A DNA stretch of 63,080 nucleotides, the filler included, from Jimgerdemannia flammicorona (lineage: Eukaryota): assembly GCA_003990765.1 (NCBI GenBank). It is 3 parts of 3 records of this genome, joined end to end, with 100 filler letters (N's around TTAATTAATTAA, not from the genome) between each part and the next. Parts side by side here need not be neighbours in the genome. Positions count along the whole stretch, not along the records: positions 42,123 to 63,080 come from RBNJ01001559.1; 2 more parts are not named here. One strand, given 5' to 3'. Of the stretch, positions 50,581 through 63,080 are shown piece after piece. Within the stretch, counting starts at the first letter, position 1, and the number at the start of each line of letters is the position of its first letter. The notes beneath the pieces were generated by a model that saw only the letters and a list, made by a program, of their open reading frames with translations, did no database searches and was not told the DNA's origin. The translations under genes were made by a program, and so were the position numbers.

Positions 50581-52930
50581 CTGCTCCTTTCTTCACTACT
50601 ATATTAGTTATAAGATTTTGATAAGCAATCTTCTGAGTCTCTTTTCTATAACTTATTTTCTTTTTATTTTAAGTTAGTTTGCTATATCTATTATAGAATA
50701 GTAAGCAAAAGACAATAGTGATAAGTTATCTTTTTATCAGTATTGGATTGATACTTTCTCTACTCAACTCCTTTCTCTGCTACCTTACCAGTCACAAGGT
50801 TTGATAGGTGACCTTCCAAGTTCCCTTTCCTCTAATATTACCCCCTCTACCTTGGGTTGGTTTGCTGTGCCTACAGGAGCATAGTGGGAGGAGGGCAATG
50901 GTGATGAGTTGCCCCTTTATCGGTGTCAGATTGGTGATTCCTCCACTTTTTTGCGGATTCTGGTGCCTTCAGCTACATCTGGGGTATACCCGTTTTGGTG
51001 TGGCACCTTCTTCCTTTTGCTGCTGCTAATAAGGAGTTGTCTCAGTGTGTCTTGGGCTACGTAGGGAGTCGGCCGACCTTGGGCGTCAAGTGCTCAGTAT
51101 AGGTTACCTGCAGGTTCTCAGTACCTGTGGTGGGGCCCTCTGGCTTTGGCGAGCTTCCCGGTGAGTATAGTTCTGGCATAGGTGACTGTTTTTCAGATGA
51201 TGTCGGGATGGGAGGGGAGATGGCCGTCACAGATAGGAGGAAGGGCGATTACAGTGAACCAGTAGGGTGCCAGGCTGGGAGCGGTCATCGGGACTAGGGT
51301 GGATGCTGCTTTGGTGGGGCCTTTTGATTGGTGTGATATGGTTAGGTGATAGGTGTCACTCTTGGCTTCTTTTGGCAATTCATGGGGTTGGGCCCCAGTT
51401 GTCAGGGGGGGTCGGGGGGCCCGAGGCTACCCATTTCAGGCATCTTGGCTGCACTTAACTGGAACCGGGAGCTGATATGGCAATGTGATTGAGGCCTGCA
51501 GGCTTGAGTAGTAGGGTATTGGGGGTCTCCTCCCACCTCACGTGTAAGTCCTCTACTTACCTCAACTGGGAGAACCAGGCCCTACCCACCATGTTGTGCT
51601 TTGATGAAGGTTTTTTCTTTGTCTATCATTCTCTTTGAGGTGGCAGGGGCTATTCTATTCAGCTCGGGTGTGGCCTTGTACATATGTTGGGTTCTCAGGC
51701 ATGCACTTTCGGTCATTGGCATATGGCTGGGTTTCCCCTGGTGGTAGGGAGAGCATGGTGCGCAGAATGAGGTGCGGGCTACTTTTCCCTGCTGCACCTG
51801 GCATGGTCGAGCTGCTGGACAATAGCTAGCCTAGGTTAATGGGGGGGCAGTGCTTGATGGGTGGTGGGGGAGGGTTTTGGCCTATATAGTCTAGGTTCCC
51901 TTCCAATAAAAATCCACAGGACATCGAGTCTATTAAACAAAAAAAAAAGATACTTTCTCTACTTTTCACAATTTCTAATATCTTTAACTATCTGGAGTAT
52001 ACTTATTTTGATATAGTGTTTTTTTCCTTTTATTATTATCAATAAAATAGTATTTTGAAAATTATCTTAGAATATATAGAGAGTTAGCCAATCTTGGATA
52101 TCAAATACTAGTATAGATTATCTGTAAGTCTTTAGTATCTATAGTAAGATCCTCTGAGCTTTAGCAAACTTTCTAGTGAGTATAAGTAACTGTTTTTTGA
52201 GTAGAGTCAGGATGAGAGAAGAGACAACTATAATAAATAAGAGAAAGAGTAATTATAGTAAACTAGTAGAGTACTAGACTGATGATAATTATTAGAGCTA
52301 GTATAGATATTATATTAGTGGAGATTTCTGATTAATATAGAGTAGTTAGATAGTAGATATTACTCTCAATAGCTCTCAGTAATATGTGAGATTAGGCTCT
52401 AGTTATTGAAGATTATTAAGAGATCTGAGACTATCTAGATCAGATATTTTGACTATACTTAATTAGAACTGAGAGCTGATATAGTAACATAATTAAGACT
52501 TATAGGAAGCTTAAGTAGTGATATTGGAAGTCTTCTCCTACCTCTTATATAAGTTCTCTACTTATCTCATTAGAGAGAATTAGGTCCTACTTACTATTCT
52601 GTATTTTTTGAAGGTCTTTTCTTTATCTGTCACTCTATTTGAAATAGTAGAGACTATATGAATTAGCTCAGATATAGTATATTGAAGTTTTAGACATATA
52701 TCTTTGGTTGTGAGTATATAGTTACTTTCTCTCTAGTGATAGAAAGAGTATAGTATACAGAATGAGATATAGATAACTCTACTCTATTATATTTAATATG
52801 GTCAAGTTACTAGATAATAGCTAGTCTAGGTTTATAGAAGTATAGTACTTAGGGTGGAGGTGAGAGAGGGTTTTGACCTATATAGTCTAAATTTTCTTCT
52901 AATAAAAATCTGCAAGACTTGAGTTTGTAA
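50581..52930 (+). mobile_element. Old copy of a ~1.2-kb non-coding poly(A) retroelement (50581-50764 plus 51964-52930)
   Basis: Aligns by eye end to end with 50765-51948; AATAAA at 52901; differences mostly C>T and G>A. Confidence 0.85.
50765..51948 (+). mobile_element. Young copy of the ~1.18-kb non-autonomous retroelement (SINE-like or retroposed RNA)
   Basis: 15-bp TSD GATACTTTCTCTACT at 50750-50764 and 51949-51963; AATAAA at 51905; A-tail 51939-51948; no long ORF. Confidence 0.9.
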
Positions 52931-53382
52931 AATATATATATATACATATATTGTCATATAGTGGTCACTGAGTCCTTTAAATATACCAGATTCTTTTCAA
53001 GGTATATCTTTTAGACTAACTCAAGTTTGTTATAAGCAAGTTCTTATTGGAGTGCCTTCCTAAGGTCTTATAGTCCTCAAAATTCTTATCTTTAAACTGT
53101 CTTGTTATCTCTTAGATTGCTTACAAGGAAGTATGTATATTGCACTAAAAGGAACTAAATAGACTGACTTTATTTCAGAGAAAATAAGAAGAGTATTTAT
53201 ACAAAATATAATTCAATGGTTGCTAAGATATAAAGCTAAATATAAATTCCAATAACTAAAATAAAATGCCAGGACAGGAAAAACTGCTAAGTTTCAGAGT
53301 TGGTACTAATGGTTATACAGGTTCAGGATGCTGGTATAATTTTGGTATTATATCAGAATGTCAGTACTGGTATAACTCAGTA

Positions 53383-54240
53383 TTATATCAGAATGTTGGT
53401 GCTGGCATAACTCAGTATAATTAAAGAACTTTGGAGCAGAATGTTCAAGACCATAGGGGCTTTATTCTTATTATCACTAAAGGAGATGAGATCTACAAAT
53501 TTATTATCATCACATTGATCATACATTTTGCATATATTGTGTGTGATGATATTATCACCAATGACATCATCATGTTCAGCAGTAGCAGGAAGGAGGTCTG
53601 GGGCTCTCCAGTTTATAAGGTTCTCTTCCACAAAATAGGGGACAAATGTGGAGTCTTAGAGAAGTCTAACCTGGATACTTGGGCCTTAGAATACTGAGAT
53701 CAATCTTTATAGGAATTGGTCTGGGTTATCCTGAAGGATAGGATGCCAGAAGTCTTCTACTTTATCACTATTGAGGGTAATAGTAGACTGGACTTCTGTA
53801 GCTACTCTGGTTTCTAGTACATTGATACAGTAGGATGATAGGTCTCTGAAATCTGAGACTCTAACATATTCCAAGTTGGAGATTGACTATAGTGTATGCC
53901 TGAAGATCTGATAGATCTTCTTAGCTATTCTTGCTTTATATATGTCCATGGAAGTAGCATCTTGTAACTCTTGGGGGCTGGCCTGTGGGAACTCCTGGCA
54001 GAGGAGGTTTCCTATTTCATACTTTTGCTATATTTGAAGACATTTAGTAGCAATGGTGATCCTTATTTCCATTTCATGGCAATAGAGGATATAATGATAA
54101 GGGTCACTAGTACCCAGGTTGACACTAGGAGTCCTTCTTGAGCAGGTCCTCATGGCTCTTCTGATGTCTTGGAACATCTTTTCTTTAACTGAGACACCTT
54201 GGTAGTTCCTTGACCTTGAGGTTTGGCAAGCAGCAGGCAT
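53383..54240 (-). pseudogene. Accessory ORF inside U3 of the 3' LTR of family C (~285 codons with internal stops)
   Basis: ORFs 54028-54240 and 53383-53631 are in one frame; the middle reads YEIGNLLCQEFP...RIAKKIYQIF...VRVSDF. Confidence 0.75.
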
Positions 54241-54795
54241 TTCATTTGTGGTAAGTCTTTGAGCTATTTTGGAATTAGTGGGTCTTGTTGGTTGCTGCTA
54301 CTGTAGTTCCTTGATTTTTTTTTTATATTTCTCAAGATATCTAAACTGTGGTCACAATAACTCACAGTTGGTTATCATTACTCATCTTATATACTATATG
54401 ATCTTCTTGTGCTCCAATCTGGTGGCTTGTAAGAAAAGGCTGTCTTTTGTACTAATGTCATAATTCTGGGATCACCATTATATCTTCCTCCTGAATAAGG
54501 ATCTTCTTGAGCATCCTTATTCATTGGTCCAGTCCTGAAAAATTTGCTAATTCCATAACCTCTGGCAAGGGGTTGAAAAGTGGTGTTTATGGACTGGTGT
54601 CTTCTCTATGTATTTTGGTATGATAGTGAAGAGTCATTCCCTTCATATAGAGCAAGGGCCTGATTCTGATCTTGATCAATCAGTTGATAGTTTGAACTCC
54701 TCTGGCTTTGAAAGTCTCATAGATGAGTAGTTGCTAGTGCCATATATCTTAGAGAATGGTCCAGACAGATAGTCTGCTAGTCATGGAACATGCTG

Positions 54796-57700
54796 TTATG
54801 ATTTGCAGACTAGAATCTCATGGGTGGTCATCACATTTTGCTTCTCTTATATAGGTTCATAGTACTTCTTGAGTCTGTTCCTGTGTACCATGGTAGGCAG
54901 TATGGTCTCTGAGATTTTTCTAAGCTAAAAGGTAGTTCTCTTGATATCTTACACATAGAAGGATCCTTCCCACTTGGGCTCCAGTTTTTATGACTACAAG
55001 ACTTCTACCATATTTCAATATAGTAGGACCTTTTCTCCAATTTGGATGGGTTCTAGGGTCTTGTAATTCTTTTCTGCATTCTTCCTTATCAATACTTGTG
55101 ACTTGATAATATAATCTTCAGCCTTCTTTCTGATTTGGTGTAGTCTCCAGATTTCTACATCAATCTATCTCCAAGTTAGGTCTAGATTTGTGGCTGAGGT
55201 TCCATCAGAATCTTCTTCTCCAAAGAGCAGTTCTCTTGGGATAAAGTGTGTGCTCTGTGACCATATGTCTCATAGGACAGAGAGGGCAGTTGGGAGATAA
55301 TTATCCCAATTCTCATATGTCTCTGAGATCTTCACCAGGATGTTCTTAAGGATCTTGTTGGTTCTCTCTGTCTGTCTATTTTCTTGAGAGTGGTATGTAG
55401 TAATCTTGATGTACTGAATCTTATATTTCTGATACATTATCTCATGGAATCCATTGACGAATTCTGTGCCATGGTCTGTTGGATTTGCTTCAGTATCTTG
55501 TAGTGACAGATAATTTCTTGGTACAAGAAGTCAGCTATAGAGAGGACATTGGCTTCTTGTAATGCTCCTACTTCTATCCATTTGGTAAAGAGGTCTATAA
55601 TATCTATAATATAGCAGTTTCCTGATAGTGTTACTGATAGTGGACCAATGATATCTATTGCAATGTGGTGGAAGAGAATAGGCTCAATTCTTAATGACCC
55701 AGATATCTGGCCTTACTGATCTTGTTTCTGTTTTTGGCACTTATCACACCCTTTGACAAATTGGCACAGGTCTTCTTCTATCTTGGACTACCACATAGTT
55801 CTTCTTGCCTTGTTGTATATATTGGTTCCTCCTAGATGTCCTTGCTTGTATACTTCCTTCATTACTTGATACTTCTTGTATTCAGATATTACTAGCTTTT
55901 CTCCTTTTCTGAGTGTAGTGTTGTCTAGTTCAAACTGTTTCCAAGTCTGGTTGATAATGGTAATTGTCCAGGGTTCAAAGTGGTTGGGCATCTTTTACTG
56001 CTCAAGATAGCTGATTAATCTATAGTATAACTCCTTATTTATGTTGAGTAATATTAATAGGGGTATTTTAGGGTATCCTTGAGAGTGCATCAGCATTGGT
56101 ATTGATTCTTCCTGAGTGGTGCTTGATAGTACAGTCATACTCTTGCAGCCTATAGATCTATCTGACATATATTTCTTTGGGGTTTAGAGTGTGGAATAGC
56201 CAGGCAAGAGCAGAATGATCTGTTTGAATAGTGAAGTATTTCCTGGCTAGGTAGTAGTGGAACTTGTCTACTGCTCAAACTACTGCTAAGCATTCAAGCT
56301 TATATGACTCATAGTTCTGTTCTACTCCATGGATACCTTGGCTTGCATAGGAGATAACATATTCATGTCCATCTTTCTTCTGAGCTAGGACTGCTCTAAG
56401 TCCTATAGTACTCACATCTGTCTGCAGGATGAATTCTAGATTCCAATCTGGTCTTCTGAGAATAGGTGCTTGGGTCAACCTGATCTTGAGTTCATTGAAG
56501 GTTTCTTGGTGTTCCTTGGTCCATTCGAATTTGGTTTCCTTCTTCAGTAGCTCATAGATAGGTACTGCAATATTAGAGTATCCTTTGATGAATCTTCTAT
56601 AATAACTGGCCAGTCTAAGGAAGGCATGAACTTCTGTGGTCATTCTGGATCTCAGGTAGACTACAATAGCTTCAATCTTCATGGGGTCTGTATGGATTCT
56701 AGTCTGGTTGATGAGGTGTCCTAGGTAGGTGATTTCTTGAGCTGCAAACTTGCATTTCTTGGGCTTGATGTAAAGGCCATACTCCTTGAGCTTCTTGAGA
56801 GCTAGCTGTATGTAATTGATATGTTCCCATATAGTGTTACTGAAGATGATCACATTATCAATATAGACAAAGAGCCATTTTCCAATCTTGTTACTGAAGA
56901 CTCTATTTATCATTCGCTGAAAACTTGCTGTGGCATTGCACATTTCAAATAGCATTTGTAGGTAGATATAGGTGGCATCAGGTGTGATGAAAGCTGATTT
57001 CTCACTGGTATCTTGAGTGAGACCAATCTGATGGAAGCCTGAGAACAGATCCAAGGTGGTATAGTATTTGGCTTTGTTTCCAAGAGTAGTAAGGATTTCT
57101 TGAATATTTGGCAAGAGCTGCCTATCCTTTTTGATGATGGCATTGAGCTTCCTGTAGTCAATGTAGAGTCTTGGTATAAACTCTCCAGGCTTGCTTCCTT
57201 TCTTTGGAGTGAGGACAATGAGTAAAACCCAGGGACTGATAGCTTGCTTGATAATTTCAGCTTCTTTCATTTCCTTGAGTTCTGCTCACAGCCATTCTCT
57301 ATAGGCAGGTGGTATGGGTCTGGCTTTCTGATAAATGGGTTTGGTATCACCAGTGTCAACTTCATAGTAGTACTTGGGTTCTTGATTGTGGATATCTCTG
57401 AAGTCTGTAGCAAGTACTCCTTCATTCTGGTACAGGATCTTGAGAAGTTATTCTTTCAGGGAAAAGTTTTCTCCAATAGTATATGTGTACTTGTTCTGGT
57501 TCTTATCTTTCTTGTGTTCAAGTTCAGTGATCTTAGTGGTAGTATTTGCTCCTCTTCCAGTAGATCCAAAGCCTTGTTCTCCTCTCTTGGTCTTGATGAG
57601 CAGCAATCTTGAGTTTCTTGATTTTGTGAATCAACATCTAGCCAATTCTGTCATGCTTCTTGACTTTGAATGGGGTAGTGGGGTTGTGATTCCTAACTAT

Positions 57701-60040
57701 GAGGAAGATCTCACCAGTATAATCAGGGTCAATTACTCCTCCTTCAACTGAGATTTTACTTTTGGCTAGACTGCTCCTGGTCTTGATAATTCCAGCATAG
57801 TTCTCTGACAGCTTGACTCCAATTCCAGTACCAAGTAGGGTAGTGGTCTGTGGTTTAAGGATAGCATCTTGAATGCTGGCAAGGTCCATTCCTATGACTC
57901 CTTCAGTCTTATATTCTGGGATCTTGGCTTCAGGGTGGAACTTCTTGACTTTGAGAGTGATATCTGGTTCTTGGTCCTCCTCATTACTGTTAGCTTGAAG
58001 CTCTGGGGGCTGGTCATCTTTGGCTTTCCTTTTTGCTTTGGCAGCTTCTTACTCATGTTTCTGTTGGTGGATTTTCCTGACTTCACTGATACAGGACCAG
58101 TAGTCATTCAGGTGTTCAGAGCAGTACATCCTAGTACCATGGGGGCATCTTTCTTAAGGGGTATAGCTATCAATGATCTTGTTGTACCACTGCTCATCTG
58201 TGAGCTTGGGTGTCTTATTCTTATTCTTGTTCACCAAGTATATGAAGACCTCTGTGTCTTCTTCATCTCCTTCCTCTATATCTGATAGGACTTCTTTGTG
58301 GACATTGATAGAGATTTGTACCTTTCTTCCTCTATAGTTGATCTGCATCTTCTGGACATTGAGGTCAATGATGGCCTTGGCCTTGTGAAGCCATTGGTTG
58401 CCAATGAGGATGTCATAGTTGGTAGTGCTTGTAACAATCATGTCTACTGAGATGGTAGCTCCTCCTATCTTAATAGAGACTTCTTGGATTTTGTCAAGGG
58501 GAGTAGCTCATGTACTATCTGCTGTAACATAGACCATCTTGGTGGACTCTTCAATATCTCAGCCTAGGCAGTCAATTGTCTTCTTGCTTATGAGATATTC
58601 TCTAGCACCAGTATCAATGATAGCATCAAAGATATAGTTTTTGATCTGACATAGGGTATAGGTTGATGTCTTGCACTGGTCTTCAGATTCTTTACCTGAG
58701 TTTTTGGATTCTTTCTGTACATTATGAGCTTCTACAATCTTGTACTCTTAATTCTTGGCAGTAGTTGCAAGTCCTACTCTCAACTGCTGTCTGAAGGCAG
58801 GGACTTCGGCTAGCTGTCTAAAAGTAGCATTGACCTTCTATTCCTTAAGGTCCTTATAGATATCATACTAGTGGATCTTAGTCTTGGGTAGCTTCTGTTC
58901 CTTCTTGCTTTTACTTTCTCCTGAGACTGGAGTAGTACCTTCAATGATTTGGCAGACAGCTTCATCTAACTCTATGTCTTGATCAATCTCCTCAGGTTGA
59001 GTCTTGCTTTGAATAGTGATAGCTGGAGTCTTCTTTGATCTTCCAACTGGCTTACTGTTGCTCTTCTTGTCATAGGGCTTGGACCAGATTCTGGTACCTT
59101 CAGTAGCAGGGTAGAATTCAAGCTCCTCATAGTATTCTTTATCATCAGTATCACCAATCTCCTTGATGACTACTGTATTAGTTTATTCTCTAGTTCTACT
59201 AGTATTGCTTGATTGGGCTTTGTGTCTTGTTTTGGTCATGCAATTTTTTGTATAGTGGCCTTCTTCTCTACATCTGAAGTATGTGATATTGTGTTCTTCT
59301 GTAGCAGCTGCAAATCTCTGCACTGGTCTCCTGTTGGTGCTTTAGACTTCTCTAACATCATTAAGGTGTGCAGTCATCTCGGTGAACTGCTTGACAAGTT
59401 CCTCCACTGGATCAGCTTTGGCTATCTTGGGAGTAGGTAGGGATGGTTGTCTGTTTACAACTGTAGCATATATGATACTAGTTGGTTTTGGTGGCTCCAT
59501 CTTGATACCAGTTATTTTCTCCATTAAGTATTCAGCAGGGTATCTGGCAGTCCAATATCTCTATACAAAGACCACTTTCTGATCAAGGGTCAGTGCAGCT
59601 AGAATTGATCAGATTGCTAGAGCAATTTTAGGATGAACTCCTTTAAGAAAGGTTGAATCCACTATTTGTTCTTTGAGGACATCATCATAGCCAGCCAAGA
59701 CAATCTAGTAGTAGATTTGGGTATAGAATGAGTTGGGATCTTTACTGAGTCTCTGGCAGATAGTGTTGAGTTGATCCTTGAGAGCTTGCTTGATCTCTTC
59801 AGTATAGTATATTGTTCTGAAGAAGGCCTTCATATTGGCAAGTTTGATTGCACCATTATTAGCAATAGTGGCTGCATTGAACTTGTCTCTGGCAGGTCCT
59901 CTGAGGCTGACTGGTAGAAGGGCCAATTGTACATCTACACCAAGGGCTTGTATGGTAGCAAATTGTTCAAAGTCTTCAATGAAGGTCAGGATTGACTCTT
60001 CAGTAGTATATCTATAGAATATGAGGGGACACATTTCCAT
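54796..60040 (-). pseudogene. Family C gag-pol
   Basis: MEMCPLIF gag start similar to family A; protease IIDTGA; RT/RH ORF 56275-57270 (LDLFSGFHQI, YIDN, LQTDVS); integrase WEGSF, HRNRLKKY. Confidence 0.93.
57555..57965 (-). pseudogene. dut: dUTPase domain of family C, between protease and RT
   Basis: GMDL, KTRSSLA, GGVIDPDYTGEI, KRGEQGFGSTG. Confidence 0.92.
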
Positions 60041-60534
60041 CTTGTCTTAAATTCTTGCAGGGGTGACTCTTATAGTCAGGGTAGTTGTTGTGGGGGTTGT
60101 TCATTTTTCAGTTTAAAAGTGAGAGATTTATCTTGAATCACCAGCCAATATGCACCAAGTTGTCACATAGTAGTTGCTGAGTCCTTCAAATATGCCAGAT
60201 TCTCTTCAAGGTGTATCTCTTAGACTAACTCAAGTTTGTTATAAGTAAGTTCTTATTGGAGTACCTTCCCAAGGTCTTATAGTCCTCAAACTTTTTATTT
60301 TTAAACTGTCTTGTTATCTCTTAGATTGCTTGCAAGGAAGTGTGTATATTGTTCTAAAAGGAACTGAATGGATTGACTTTATTTCAAAGGAAATAAGAGG
60401 AGTATTTATATAAAATATAATTCAATAGTTGCTAAGATATAAAGCTAAATATAAATTCTAATAACTAAAATAAAATGCTAGGACAGGAAAAACTGCTAAG
60501 TTCTAGGGTCAGCACTGATAGTTGTACAGGTTCA

Positions 60535-60630
60535 GGATACTGGTATAATTTCAGTATTACATCAGAATACCAGTGCTGGCATAACTCAGTGTTATATCAG
60601 AATGCCAGTGCTGGCATAACTCAGTATAAC
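60535..60630. repeat. 35-bp tandem repeat (about 2.5 copies) in U3 of LTR C, upstream of the TATA box; also at 53330-53420
   Basis: GTGCTGGCATAACTCAGTGTTATATCAGAATGCCA unit. Confidence 0.8.
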
Positions 60631-61447
60631 CGAAGAACTTTAGAGCAGAATGTTCAAGACCATAGGGGCTTTATCCTCATCATCACTAAAGGAGATGAGA
60701 TCTGTAAATTCATCATCATCACATTGGTCATGCGTTTTGCATATGTTGTATGGGATGATATCATTACCAATGATGTCATCACATTCAGTAATGGCAGGAA
60801 GGAGGTCTGGGGCTCTCCAGTCTATGAGGTTCTCTTTTACAAAATAGAGGACAAATGTGGAGTCTTGGAGAGGTCTAATCTGAATACTTAGGCCTTAGAA
60901 TACTGAGATCAATCTTTATAGGAATTGGTCTGGGTTGTTCTGAAAGATAGGATGCCAGAAGTCTTCTACTTCATCACTATTGAGAGTGATAGTAGACTGG
61001 GCTTCTGTAGCTACCCTGGTTTCTAGTACATTAATACAGCAGGATGACAGGTCTCTGAAATCTGAGACTCTAATATACTTCAAGTTGGGGATTGACCATG
61101 GTGCATGCCTGAAGATCTGATGGATCTTCTTAGCTATTCTTGCTTCATATATGTTCATGGGAGTGGTATCTTGTAAATCTTGTGGGCTGGCCTGTGGGAA
61201 CTCCCAGGAGAAGGTTTCCTATTTCATACTCCTGCCACATTTGAAGGCATTCAGTAGCAATAGTGATCCTTGTTTCCATTTCATGGCAGTAGAGAATATA
61301 ATGATAAGGGTCACTAGTACCCAGGTTGATACTAGGAGTCCTTCTTGAGCAGATCCTTATGGCTCTTCTGATGTCTTGGAATATTCTTTCTTCAACTGAG
61401 ATATTTTGGTGGTTTCTTGACCTTGAGGTTTGGTGAGCAGCAGGCAT
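60625..61447 (-). pseudogene. Second copy of the U3 accessory ORF in the 5' LTR of family C (frameshift near 61205)
   Basis: ORFs 61145-61447 and 60916-61158 match the 3' LTR copy; lower end approximate. Confidence 0.75.
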
Positions 61448-61699
61448 TTCATTTGTGGTAAGTCTTTGAGCTATTTTGGAATTGGTGGGTCTTGTTGATT
61501 GCTGCTACTGTGGTTCCTTGATCCTTCTTTTATATTTCTCAAGATATCTGAACTATGGTCACAATGACTCACAGTTGGTCATTATTGCTCATCTTATATA
61601 CCATATGATCTTTTTGTGTTCCAATCTGGTAACTTGTAAGAAAAGAATATCTCTTGTGCTGATGTCATCATTCTGGGGTCATTATTATAATATATAGAG

Positions 61700-63080
61700 A
61701 ATTGAAGAAAATTGTTGATTTATAGATAGTAATAACTATATATTAGTATTGAGTATTTGAGAGAGAGTGGTAAATAGGAGTCAGAGAGAGAACCATATTG
61801 GTCAAAAAGTCTAGATAGAAATTGGATCTCTACAGTACAGGAGAAGGGGGGTCATCAATGCCCTAAGATTGAGTATATCTGGAGTAGTGAGAGAAGAGAA
61901 GTCTAATGATGTTAAGTTGCCCCAATCTCAAGGCTGTAGTTTTCAAGAACTCAAGGTTTCAAGGCTTCAGGGACCAGATAGTACAATGTAGGCTCTGAGA
62001 GCTACTGGCAATAATACAAAGAGATGAGGAGTCTTTCTTCTAGTAGAGTGGCTGGCTTTGTAGTGAGTATCTAACTCACTGGTATGCTCTGGTAGACTGG
62101 GGGATATGAGTTAGGCCCTTAGGCTTTCTTTCATACTGGAGGGACTTTTACTATATCTTCAAGGTATAGAGATATATCAGGTAATTATCTAGAGGATTTT
62201 GAAAGGTATAGTAGATAATTGGCCAAGATAGATGAGGTGATTTCAATATATTGTATAATGGTAGCAGATGATTGATAGATGTCAGATAGTGCAATATAAG
62301 ATAATAGTGATGATCAGGCTAGAGGATTAGTCAGCAATGACATGATAATCAGCAAGATGATTAGCAGGGTGACTACTTCACTACTTTAGAGAGAGGAGAG
62401 CCAGTAGATTGAGTACAGTGCTACAGAGATACTCAAGGTACTGGGGTTACATCCAGTGACCCTTTGGAACAAGATCAGGTATGATAGCAGTACCACTTGA
62501 GGTACTGATATCACAAGTCAGATGGTAACTTCTAACTCAGAGCTGGGCAGAGAGAGCAGAAGTTAGATAGCAGATCTATTCATTAGATATATAGACTGGT
62601 ATAGGGCAGCTAAGAAGGAGTAGAGTTACTTATTGTTGAAGTTTATTCCTGATGATAAGGTTAGGTAAGAGGTGTCCTGAGGCTACTCTTTTAGAGAGAA
62701 CCAGGCCTCTACTATCTGGTATTGGTCAGGTTAGATATAGAGTATCCTGAGACTACTCTTATAGAGAGAACCAGACCCTCTCTACCTTGGATCTGAGAAC
62801 TGAGCCTGTATGCTACTTTATTTTCTTATTTCATTACTAATATGTAATATTTGTATGAGGGAACCAATTGTGACCTTGGTGGAGACATTGTTATCAGTAG
62901 GGAGAGGGGGGTAGGAGTGGCCCAGAATAGAGAGAACTAGGCTCTAACCATCTTAGCTCTGCTAAGGTTAGCTCAAAACTACTCTGTTATATGGCTTGAC
63001 CTCACTTACTTCTTGTCAGGAAATCCAGAGAATGTTTTCCTGCTGTTCACTATGTAATTGTATTCTGAATAAATAAGTGT
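61700..63080. other. Unclassified CpG-depleted repeat remnant with a ~45-bp direct repeat (62668 and 62739)
   Basis: CpG-depleted like the flanking TEs; TCCTGAGRCTACTCTTWTAGAGAGAACCAG twice; no motif recognised. Confidence 0.35.

Larger units (their letters stand above)
52952..61689 (-). mobile_element. Ty3/Gypsy family C with 1.53-kb LTRs (gag-PR-dUTPase-RT-RH-IN), full length, inactivated
   Basis: LTRs 52952-54482 and 60161-61689; TSD ATAT at 52948-52951 and 61690-61693; PBS TGGTGCATATTGGC 60144-60157; PPT TTCAGGAGGAAGA 54483-54495. Confidence 0.95.

Noticed and set aside
60475..60891. 138-aa plus-strand ORF in LTR C as an antisense gene
   Set aside because: Overlaps the 35-bp tandem repeat and the sense U3 ORF; only partly open in the other LTR; no independent support
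62889..63080. TGTTATCAG start and late AATAAA suggesting another LTR
   Set aside because: No convincing PPT, partner LTR or TSD inside the window

Overview
Eukaryotic, probably fungal (gene and element styles suggest an early-diverging Mucoromycota-like lineage; taxon is inference). The window is a nest of transposable elements with two 100-bp scaffold gaps. It holds: many copies of one L1/Tx1-like LINE family (one full length with poly(A) and TSD at 3098-9034); Ty3/Gypsy elements of three families, all carrying dUTPase (A 12271-18985, C 52952-61689, chromoviruses B 27449-36146 and D 38007-42022), plus LTR fragments and a solo LTR; a decayed Copia; a Tc1 transposon; a hAT MITE; and a 1.18-kb non-coding poly(A) retroelement inserted in an older copy of itself. 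All elements are pseudogenised by strongly directional C>T/G>A change. Only ~43.9-48.1 kb keeps CpG and has intron-containing host-like (pseudo)genes. Best candidates for something new: (1) an accessory protein shared by Gypsy families A and C, encoded before the PPT in A but inside U3 of both LTRs in C; (2) a small Cys/His module that lies between protease and dUTPase in all three families although those two domains are in opposite order; (3) the self-nested non-coding retroelement. All alignments and translations were done by eye; no database searches were run.
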